Part shown: in pieces, positions 18,004 through 30,000 of the stretch
How the letters are laid out: every line of letters begins with the position of its first letter
Numbering within the stretch: the first letter of the stretch is position 1
DNA from: Auanema rhodensis
Lineage: Eukaryota; Animalia; Nematoda
Length of the DNA stretch: 64,000 nt
Assembly (NCBI GenBank): GCA_964057225.1
Contig: OZ059899.1
Coordinates: forward strand, 16,430,001 to 16,494,000
Reading direction: 5' to 3'
Notes under the pieces: model-generated
Database searches by the model: none
What the model was told of the DNA's origin: nothing
Seen by the model: only the letters and a program-made list of their open reading frames with translations
Made by a program: the position numbers and the translations under genes

Positions 18004-21000
18004 TATTTTTGTTTGATTATAGTTGATAATATTGGAGAAACATTGACAATAACCGGACACAACGTGCCTACAGCCTGAACTTTTTTGTGAACAAATCTTG
18101 TGGATGGGGTTGATATAAACCTTTTTTCCGGAAAACTGAGAAGTCACAGCCAAATCACACCAAGTAATTCAGATTCTACACATCTGAATACCCAAGTTGT
18201 AACTATTTTTGTTTGATTATAGTTGATAATATTGGAGAAACATTGACAATCACCGGACACAACGTGCCTACAGCCTGAACTTTTTTGTGAACAAATCTTG
18301 TGGATGGGGTTGATATAAACCTTTTTTCCGGAAAACTGAGAAGTCACAGCCAAATCACACCAAGTAATTCAGATTCTACACATCTGAATACCCAAGTTGT
18401 AACTATTTTTGTTTGATTATAGTTGATAATATTGGAGAAACATTGACAATCACCGGACACAACGTGCCTACAGCCTGAACTTTTTTGTGAACAAATCTTG
18501 TGGATGGGGTTGATATAAACCTTTTTTCCGGAAAACTGAGAAGTCACAGCCAAATCACACCAAGTAATTCAGATTCTACACATCTGAATACCCAAGTTGT
18601 AACTATTTTTGTTTGATTATAGTTGATAATATTGGAGAAACATTGACAATCACCGGACACAACGTGCCTACAGCCTGAACTTTTTTGTGAACAAATCTTG
18701 TGGATGGGGTTGATATAAACCTTTTTTCCGGAAAACTGAGAAGTCACAGCCAAATCACACCAAGTAATTCAGATTCTACACATCTGAATACCCAAGTTGT
18801 AACTATTTTTGTTTGATTATAGTTGATAATATTGGAGAAACATTGACAATCACCGGACACAACGTGCCTACAGCCTGAACTTTTTTGTGAACAAATCTTG
18901 TGGATGGGGTTGATATAAACCTTTTTTCCGGAAAACTGAGAAGTCACAGCCAAATCACACCAAGTAATTCAGATTCTACACATCTGAATACCCAAGTTGT
19001 AACTATTTTTGTTTGATTATAGTTGATAATATTGGAGAAACATTGACAATCACCGGACACAACGTGCCTACAGCCTGAACTTTTTTGTGAACAAATCTTG
19101 TGGATGGGGTTGATATAAACCTTTTTTCCGGAAAACTGAGAAGTCACAGCCAAATCACACCAAGTAATTCAGATTCTACACATCTGAATACCCAAGTTGT
19201 AACTATTTTTGTTTGATTATAGTTGATAATATTGGAGAAACATTGACAATCACCGGACACAACGTGCCTACAGCCTGAACTTTTTTGTGAACAAATCTTG
19301 TGGATGGGGTTGATATAAACCTTTTTTCCGGAAAACTGAGAAGTCACAGCCAAATCACACCAAGTAATTCAGATTCTACACATCTGAATACCCAAGTTGT
19401 AACTATTTTTGTTTGATTATAGTTGATAATATTGGAGAAACATTGACAATCACCGGACACAACGTGCCTACAGCCTGAACTTTTTTGTGAACAAATCTTG
19501 TGGATGGGGTTGATATAAACCTTTTTTCCGGAAAACTGAGAAGTCACAGCCAAATCACACCAAGTAATTCAGATTCTACACATCTGAATACCCAAGTTGT
19601 AACTATTTTTGTTTGATTATAGTTGATAATATTGGAGAAACATTGACAATCACCGGACACAACGTGCCTACAGCCTGAACTTTTTTGTGAACAAATCTTG
19701 TGGATGGGGTTGATATAAACCTTTTTTCCGGAAAACTGAGAAGTCACGGCCGAATCTTACTCGGAATATCAGATTCTACACATCTGAATACCCAAGTTGT
19801 AACTATTTTTGTTTGATTATAGTTGATAATATTGGAGAAACATTGACAATCACCGGACACAACGTGCCTACAGCCTGAACTTTTTTGTGAACAAATCTTG
19901 TGGATGGGGTTGATATAAACCTTTTTTCCGGAAAACTGAGAAGTCACAGCCAAATCACACCAAGTAATTCAGATTCTACACATCTGAATACCCAAGTTGT
20001 AACTATTTTTGTTTGATTATAGTTGATAATATTGGAGAAACATTGACAATCACCGGACACAACGTGCCTACAGCCTGAACTTTTTTGTGAACAAATCTTG
20101 TGGATGGGGTTGATATAAACCTTTTTTCCGGAAAACTGAGAAGTCACAGCCAAATCACACCAAGTAATTCAGATTCTACACATCTGAATACCCAAGTTGT
20201 AACTATTTTTGTTTGATTATAGTTGATAATATTGGAGAAACATTGACAATCACCGGACACAACGTGCCTACAGCCTGAACTTTTTTGTGAACAAATCTTG
20301 TGGATGGGGTTGATATAAACCTTTTTTCCGGAAAACTGAGAAGTCACAGCCAAATCACACCAAGTAATTCAGATTCTACACATCTGAATACCCAAGTTGT
20401 AACTATTTTTGTTTGATTATAGTTGATAATATTGGAGAAACATTGACAATCACCGGACACAACGTGCCTACAGCCTGAACTTTTTTGTGAACAAATCTTG
20501 TGGATGGGGTTGATATAAACCTTTTTTCCGGAAAACTGAGAAGTCACAGCCAAATCACACCAAGTAATTCAGATTCTACACATCTGAATACCCAAGTTGT
20601 AACTATTTTTGTTTGATTATAGTTGATAATATTGGAGAAACATTGACAATCACCGGACACAACGTGCCTACAGCCTGAACTTTTTTGTGAACAAATCTTG
20701 TGGATGGGGTTGATATAAACCTTTTTTCCGGAAAACTGAGAAGTCACGGCCGAATCTTACTCGGAATATCAGATTCTACACATCTGAATACCCAAGTTGT
20801 AACTATTTTTGTTTGATTATAGTTGATAATATTGGAGAAACATTGACAATCACCGGACACAACGTGCCTACAGCCTGAACTTTTTTGTGAACAAATCTTG
20901 TGGATGGGGTTGATATAAACCTTTTTTCCGGAAAACTGAGAAGTCACAGCCAAATCACACCAAGTAATTCAGATTCTACACATCTGAATACCCAAGTTGT

Positions 21001-24000
21001 AACTATTTTTGTTTGATTATAGTTGATAATATTGGAGAAACATTGACAATCACCGGACACAACGTGCCTACAGCCTGAACTTTTTTGTGAACAAATCTTG
21101 TGGATGGGGTTGATATAAACCTTTTTTCCGGAAAACTGAGAAGTCACAGCCAAATCACACCAAGTAATTCAGATTCTACACATCTGAATACCCAAGTTGT
21201 AACTATTTTTGTTTGATTATAGTTGATAATATTGGAGAAACATTGACAATCACCGGACACAACGTGCCTACAGCCTGAACTTTTTTGTGAACAAATCTTG
21301 TGGATGGGGTTGATATAAACCTTTTTTCCGGAAAACTGAGAAGTCACAGCCAAATCACACCAAGTAATTCAGATTCTACACATCTGAATACCCAAGTTGT
21401 AACTATTTTTGTTTGATTATAGTTGATAATATTGGAGAAACATTGACAATCACCGGACACAACGTGCCTACAGCCTGAACTTTTTTGTGAACAAATCTTG
21501 TGGATGGGGTTGATATAAACCTTTTTTCCGGAAAACTGAGAAGTCACAGCCAAATCACACCAAGTAATTCAGATTCTACACATCTGAATACCCAAGTTGT
21601 AACTATTTTTGTTTGATTATAGTTGATAATATTGGAGAAACATTGACAATCACCGGACACAACGTGCCTACAGCCTGAACTTTTTTGTGAACAAATCTTG
21701 TGGATGGGGTTGATATAAACCTTTTTTCCGGAAAACTGAGAAGTCACGGCCGAATCTTACTCGGAATATCAGATTCTACACATCTGAATACCCAAGTTGT
21801 AACTATTTTTGTTTGATTATAGTTGATAATATTGGAGAAACATTGACAATCACCGGACACAACGTGCCTACAGCCTGAACTTTTTTGTGAACAAATCTTG
21901 TGGATGGGGTTGATATAAACCTTTTTTCCGGAAAACTGAGAAGTCACAGCCAAATCACACCAAGTAATTCAGATTCTACACATCTGAATACCCAAGTTGT
22001 AACTATTTTTGTTTGATTATAGTTGATAATATTGGAGAAACATTGACAATCACCGGACACAACGTGCCTACAGCCTGAACTTTTTTGTGAACAAATCTTG
22101 TGGATGGGGTTGATATAAACCTTTTTTCCGGAAAACTGAGAAGTCACAGCCAAATCACACCAAGTAATTCAGATTCTACACATCTGAATACCCAAGTTGT
22201 AACTATTTTTGTTTGATTATAGTTGATAATATTGGAGAAACATTGACAATCACCGGACACAACGTGCCTACAGCCTGAACTTTTTTGTGAACAAATCTTG
22301 TGGATGGGGTTGATATAAACCTTTTTTCCGGAAAACTGAGAAGTCACAGCCAAATCACACCAAGTAATTCAGATTCTACACATCTGAATACCCAAGTTGT
22401 AACTATTTTTGTTTGATTATAGTTGATAATATTGGAGAAACATTGACAATCACCGGACACAACGTGCCTACAGCCTGAACTTTTTTGTGAACAAATCTTG
22501 TGGATGGGGTTGATATAAACCTTTTTTCCGGAAAACTGAGAAGTCACAGCCAAATCACACCAAGTAATTCAGATTCTACACATCTGAATACCCAAGTTGT
22601 AACTATTTTTGTTTGATTATAGTTGATAATATTGGAGAAACATTGACAATCACCGGACACAACGTGCCTACAGCCTGAACTTTTTTGTGAACAAATCTTG
22701 TGGATGGGGTTGATATAAACCTTTTTTCCGGAAAACTGAGAAGTCACGGCCGAATCTTACTCGGAATATCAGATTCTACACATCTGAATACCCAAGTTGT
22801 AACTATTTTTGTTTGATTATAGTTGATAATATTGGAGAAACATTGACAATCACCGGACACAACGTGCCTACAGCCTGAACTTTTTTGTGAACAAATCTTG
22901 TGGATGGGGTTGATATAAACCTTTTTTCCGGAAAACTGAGAAGTCACAGCCAAATCACACCAAGTAATTCAGATTCTACACATCTGAATACCCAAGTTGT
23001 AACTATTTTTGTTTGATTATAGTTGATAATATTGGAGAAACATTGACAATCACCGGACACAACGTGCCTACAGCCTGAACTTTTTTGTGAACAAATCTTG
23101 TGGATGGGGTTGATATAAACCTTTTTTCCGGAAAACTGAGAAGTCACAGCCAAATCACACCAAGTAATTCAGATTCTACACATCTGAATACCCAAGTTGT
23201 AACTATTTTTGTTTGATTATAGTTGATAATATTGGAGAAACATTGACAATCACCGGACACAACGTGCCTACAGCCTGAACTTTTTTGTGAACAAATCTTG
23301 TGGATGGGGTTGATATAAACCTTTTTTCCGGAAAACTGAGAAGTCACAGCCAAATCACACCAAGTAATTCAGATTCTACACATCTGAATACCCAAGTTGT
23401 AACTATTTTTGTTTGATTATAGTTGATAATATTGGAGAAACATTGACAATCACCGGACACAACGTGCCTACAGCCTGAACTTTTTTGTGAACAAATCTTG
23501 TGGATGGGGTTGATATAAACCTTTTTTCCGGAAAACTGAGAAGTCACAGCCAAATCACACCAAGTAATTCAGATTCTACACATCTGAATACCCAAGTTGT
23601 AACTATTTTTGTTTGATTATAGTTGATAATATTGGAGAAACATTGACAATCACCGGACACAACGTGCCTACAGCCTGAACTTTTTTGTGAACAAATCTTG
23701 TGGATGGGGTTGATATAAACCTTTTTTCCGGAAAACTGAGAAGTCACAGCCAAATCACACCAAGTAATTCAGATTCTACACATCTGAATACCCAAGTTGT
23801 AACTATTTTTGTTTGATTATAGTTGATAATATTGGAGAAACATTGACAATCACCGGACACAACGTGCCTACAGCCTGAACTTTTTTGTGAACAAATCTTG
23901 TGGATGGGGTTGATATAAACCTTTTTTCCGGAAAACTGAGAAGTCACAGCCAAATCACACCAAGTAATTCAGATTCTACACATCTGAATACCCAAGTTGT

Positions 24001-27000
24001 AACTATTTTTGTTTGATTATAGTTGATAATATTGGAGAAACATTGACAATCACCGGACACAACGTGCCTACAGCCTGAACTTTTTTGTGAACAAATCTTG
24101 TGGATGGGGTTGATATAAACCTTTTTTCCGGAAAACTGAGAAGTCACAGCCAAATCACACCAAGTAATTCAGATTCTACACATCTGAATACCCAAGTTGT
24201 AACTATTTTTGTTTGATTATAGTTGATAATATTGGAGAAACATTGACAATCACCGGACACAACGTGCCTACAGCCTGAACTTTTTTGTGAACAAATCTTG
24301 TGGATGGGGTTGATATAAACCTTTTTTCCGGAAAACTGAGAAGTCACGGCCGAATCTTACTCGGAATATCAGATTCTACACATCTGAATACCCAAGTTGT
24401 AACTATTTTTGTTTGATTATAGTTGATAATATTGGAGAAACATTGACAATCACCGGACACAACGTGCCTACAGCCTGAACTTTTTTGTGAACAAATCTTG
24501 TGGATGGGGTTGATATAAACCTTTTTTCCGGAAAACTGAGAAGTCACGGCCGAATCTTACTCGGAATATCAGATTCTACACATCTGAATACCCAAGTTGT
24601 AACTATTTTTGTTTGATTATAGTTGATAATATTGGAGAAACATTGACAATCACCGGACACAACGTGCCTACAGCCTGAACTTTTTTGTGAACAAATCTTG
24701 TGGATGGGGTTGATATAAACCTTTTTTCCGGAAAACTGAGAAGTCACAGCCAAATCACACCAAGTAATTCAGATTCTACACATCTGAATACCCAAGTTGT
24801 AACTATTTTTGTTTGATTATAGTTGATAATATTGGAGAAACATTGACAATCACCGGACACAACGTGCCTACAGCCTGAACTTTTTTGTGAACAAATCTTG
24901 TGGATGGGGTTGATATAAACCTTTTTTCCGGAAAACTGAGAAGTCACAGCCAAATCACACCAAGTAATTCAGATTCTACACATCTGAATACCCAAGTTGT
25001 AACTATTTTTGTTTGATTATAGTTGATAATATTGGAGAAACATTGACAATCACCGGACACAACGTGCCTACAGCCTGAACTTTTTTGTGAACAAATCTTG
25101 TGGATGGGGTTGATATAAACCTTTTTTCCGGAAAACTGAGAAGTCACGGCCGAATCTTACTCGGAATATCAGATTCTACACATCTGAATACCCAAGTTGT
25201 AACTATTTTTGTTTGATTATAGTTGATAATATTGGAGAAACATTGACAATCACCGGACACAACGTGCCTACAGCCTGAACTTTTTTGTGAACAAATCTTG
25301 TGGATGGGGTTGATATAAACCTTTTTTCCGGAAAACTGAGAAGTCACGGCCGAATCTTACTCGGAATATCAGATTCTACACATCTGAATACCCAAGTTGT
25401 AACTATTTTTGTTTGATTATAGTTGATAATATTGGAGAAACATTGACAATCACCGGACACAACGTGCCTACAGCCTGAACTTTTTTGTGAACAAATCTTG
25501 TGGATGGGGTTGATATAAACCTTTTTTCCGGAAAACTGAGAAGTCACAGCCAAATCACACCAAGTAATTCAGATTCTACACATCTGAATACCCAAGTTGT
25601 AACTATTTTTGTTTGATTATAGTTGATAATATTGGAGAAACATTGACAATCACCGGACACAACGTGCCTACAGCCTGAACTTTTTTGTGAACAAATCTTG
25701 TGGATGGGGTTGATATAAACCTTTTTTCCGGAAAACTGAGAAGTCACAGCCAAATCACACCAAGTAATTCAGATTCTACACATCTGAATACCCAAGTTGT
25801 AACTATTTTTGTTTGATTATAGTTGATAATATTGGAGAAACATTGACAATCACCGGACACAACGTGCCTACAGCCTGAACTTTTTTGTGAACAAATCTTG
25901 TGGATGGGGTTGATATAAACCTTTTTTCCGGAAAACTGAGAAGTCACAGCCAAATCACACCAAGTAATTCAGATTCTACACATCTGAATACCCAAGTTGT
26001 AACTATTTTTGTTTGATTATAGTTGATAATATTGGAGAAACATTGACAATCACCGGACACAACGTGCCTACAGCCTGAACTTTTTTGTGAACAAATCTTG
26101 TGGATGGGGTTGATATAAACCTTTTTTCCGGAAAACTGAGAAGTCACAGCCAAATCACACCAAGTAATTCAGATTCTACACATCTGAATACCCAAGTTGT
26201 AACTATTTTTGTTTGATTATAGTTGATAATATTGGAGAAACATTGACAATCACCGGACACAACGTGCCTACAGCCTGAACTTTTTTGTGAACAAATCTTG
26301 TGGATGGGGTTGATATAAACCTTTTTTCCGGAAAACTGAGAAGTCACGGCCGAATCTTACTCGGAATATCAGATTCTACACATCTGAATACCCAAGTTGT
26401 AACTATTTTTGTTTGATTATAGTTGATAATATTGGAGAAACATTGACAATCACCGGACACAACGTGCCTACAGCCTGAACTTTTTTGTGAACAAATCTTG
26501 TGGATGGGGTTGATATAAACCTTTTTTCCGGAAAACTGAGAAGTCACAGCCAAATCACACCAAGTAATTCAGATTCTACACATCTGAATACCCAAGTTGT
26601 AACTATTTTTGTTTGATTATAGTTGATAATATTGGAGAAACATTGACAATCACCGGACACAACGTGCCTACAGCCTGAACTTTTTTGTGAACAAATCTTG
26701 TGGATGGGGTTGATATAAACCTTTTTTCCGGAAAACTGAGAAGTCACAGCCAAATCACACCAAGTAATTCAGATTCTACACATCTGAATACCCAAGTTGT
26801 AACTATTTTTGTTTGATTATAGTTGATAATATTGGAGAAACATTGACAATCACCGGACACAACGTGCCTACAGCCTGAACTTTTTTGTGAACAAATCTTG
26901 TGGATGGGGTTGATATAAACCTTTTTTCCGGAAAACTGAGAAGTCACAGCCAAATCACACCAAGTAATTCAGATTCTACACATCTGAATACCCAAGTTGT

Positions 27001-30000
27001 AACTATTTTTGTTTGATTATAGTTGATAATATTGGAGAAACATTGACAATCACCGGACACAACGTGCCTACAGCCTGAACTTTTTTGTGAACAAATCTTG
27101 TGGATGGGGTTGATATAAACCTTTTTTCCGGAAAACTGAGAAGTCACAGCCAAATCACACCAAGTAATTCAGATTCTACACATCTGAATACCCAAGTTGT
27201 AACTATTTTTGTTTGATTATAGTTGATAATATTGGAGAAACATTGACAATCACCGGACACAACGTGCCTACAGCCTGAACTTTTTTGTGAACAAATCTTG
27301 TGGATGGGGTTGATATAAACCTTTTTTCCGGAAAACTGAGAAGTCACAGCCAAATCACACCAAGTAATTCAGATTCTACACATCTGAATACCCAAGTTGT
27401 AACTATTTTTGTTTGATTATAGTTGATAATATTGGAGAAACATTGACAATCACCGGACACAACGTGCCTACAGCCTGAACTTTTTTGTGAACAAATCTTG
27501 TGGATGGGGTTGATATAAACCTTTTTTCCGGAAAACTGAGAAGTCACAGCCAAATCACACCAAGTAATTCAGATTCTACACATCTGAATACCCAAGTTGT
27601 AACTATTTTTGTTTGATTATAGTTGATAATATTGGAGAAACATTGACAATCACCGGACACAACGTGCCTACAGCCTGAACTTTTTTGTGAACAAATCTTG
27701 TGGATGGGGTTGATATAAACCTTTTTTCCGGAAAACTGAGAAGTCACAGCCAAATCACACCAAGTAATTCAGATTCTACACATCTGAATACCCAAGTTGT
27801 AACTATTTTTGTTTGATTATAGTTGATAATATTGGAGAAACATTGACAATCACCGGACACAACGTGCCTACAGCCTGAACTTTTTTGTGAACAAATCTTG
27901 TGGATGGGGTTGATATAAACCTTTTTTCCGGAAAACTGAGAAGTCACGGCCGAATCTTACTCGGAATATCAGATTCTACACATCTGAATACCCAAGTTGT
28001 AACTATTTTTGTTTGATTATAGTTGATAATATTGGAGAAACATTGACAATCACCGAACACAACGTGCCTACAGCCTGAACTTTTTTGTGAACAAATCTTG
28101 TGGATGGGGTTGATATAAACCTTTTTTCCGGAAAACTGAGAAGTCACAGCCAAATCACACCAAGTAATTCAGATTCTACACATCTGAATACCCAAGTTGT
28201 AACTATTTTTGTTTGATTATAGTTGATAATATTGGAGAAACATTGACAATCACCGGACACAACGTGCCTACAGCCTGAACTTTTTTGTGAACAAATCTTG
28301 TGGATGGGGTTGATATAAACCTTTTTTCCGGAAAACTGAGAAGTCACAGCCAAATCACACCAAGTAATTCAGATTCTACACATCTGAATACCCAAGTTGT
28401 AACTATTTTTGTTTGATTATAGTTGATAATATTGGAGAAACATTGACAATCACCGGACACAACGTGCCTACAGCCTGAACTTTTTTGTGAACAAATCTTG
28501 TGGATGGGGTTGATATAAACCTTTTTTCCGGAAAACTGAGAAGTCACAGCCAAATCACACCAAGTAATTCAGATTCTACACATCTGAATACCCAAGTTGT
28601 AACTATTTTTGTTTGATTATAGTTGATAATATTGGAGAAACATTGACAATCACCGGACACAACGTGCCTACAGCCTGAACTTTTTTGTGAACAAATCTTG
28701 TGGATGGGGTTGATATAAACCTTTTTTCCGGAAAACTGAGAAGTCACAGCCAAATCACACCAAGTAATTCAGATTCTACACATCTGAATACCCAAGTTGT
28801 AACTATTTTTGTTTGATTATAGTTGATAATATTGGAGAAACATTGACAATCACCGGACACAACGTGCCTACAGCCTGAACTTTTTTGTGAACAAATCTTG
28901 TGGATGGGGTTGATATAAACCTTTTTTCCGGAAAACTGAGAAGTCACAGCCAAATCACACCAAGTAATTCAGATTCTACACATCTGAATACCCAAGTTGT
29001 AACTATTTTTGTTTGATTATAGTTGATAATATTGGAGAAACATTGACAATCACCGGACACAACGTGCCTACAGCCTGAACTTTTTTGTGAACAAATCTTG
29101 TGGATGGGGTTGATATAAACCTTTTTTCCGGAAAACTGAGAAGTCACAGCCAAATCACACCAAGTAATTCAGATTCTACACATCTGAATACCCAAGTTGT
29201 AACTATTTTTGTTTGATTATAGTTGATAATATTGGAGAAACATTGACAATCACCGGACACAACGTGCCTACAGCCTGAACTTTTTTGTGAACAAATCTTG
29301 TGGATGGGGTTGATATAAACCTTTTTTCCGGAAAACTGAGAAGTCACAGCCAAATCACACCAAGTAATTCAGATTCTACACATCTGAATACCCAAGTTGT
29401 AACTATTTTTGTTTGATTATAGTTGATAATATTGGAGAAACATTGACAATCACCGGACACAACGTGCCTACAGCCTGAACTTTTTTGTGAACAAATCTTG
29501 TGGATGGGGTTGATATAAACCTTTTTTCCGGAAAACTGAGAAGTCACGGCCGAATCTTACTCGGAATATCAGATTCTACACATCTGAATACCCAAGTTGT
29601 AACTATTTGTGTCCGGTTATAGTTGATAATATTGGAGAAACATTGACAATCACCGAAAACAACGTGCCTACAGCCTGAACTTTTTTGTGAACAAATCTTG
29701 TGGATGGGGTTGATATAAACCTTTTTTCCGGAAAACTGAGAAGTCACAGCCAAATCACACCAAGTAATTCAGATTCTACACATCTGAATACCCAAGTTGT
29801 AACTATTTTTGTTTGATTATAGTTGATAATATTGGAGAAACATTGACAATCACCGGACACAACGTGCCTACAGCCTGAACTTTTTTGTGAACAAATCTTG
29901 TGGATGGGGTTGATATAAACCTTTTTTCCGGAAAACTGAGAAGTCACAGCCAAATCACACCAAGTAATTCAGATTCTACACATCTGAATACCCAAGTTGT

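Noticed and set aside
18149-18153. TTGGC (minus strand) as a HIM-8/ZIM pairing-centre motif
   Set aside because: A single 5-mer per 200 bp that is absent from subtype B; expected by chance.
18189-18246. Similarity of the monomer to spliced-leader SL1 RNA (TACCCAAGTT; AAACATTGA)
   Set aside because: Only 9-10 nt matches, separated by ~40 nt. The GGTTTAAT start, the GAG/GT donor and the correct spacing are missing, so this is not an SL RNA gene array.
18004-18400. Hammerhead ribozyme, tRNA or 5S rRNA within the satellite monomer
   Set aside because: No CUGANGA core on either strand, no cloverleaf or A/B boxes, and no 5S similarity recognised.
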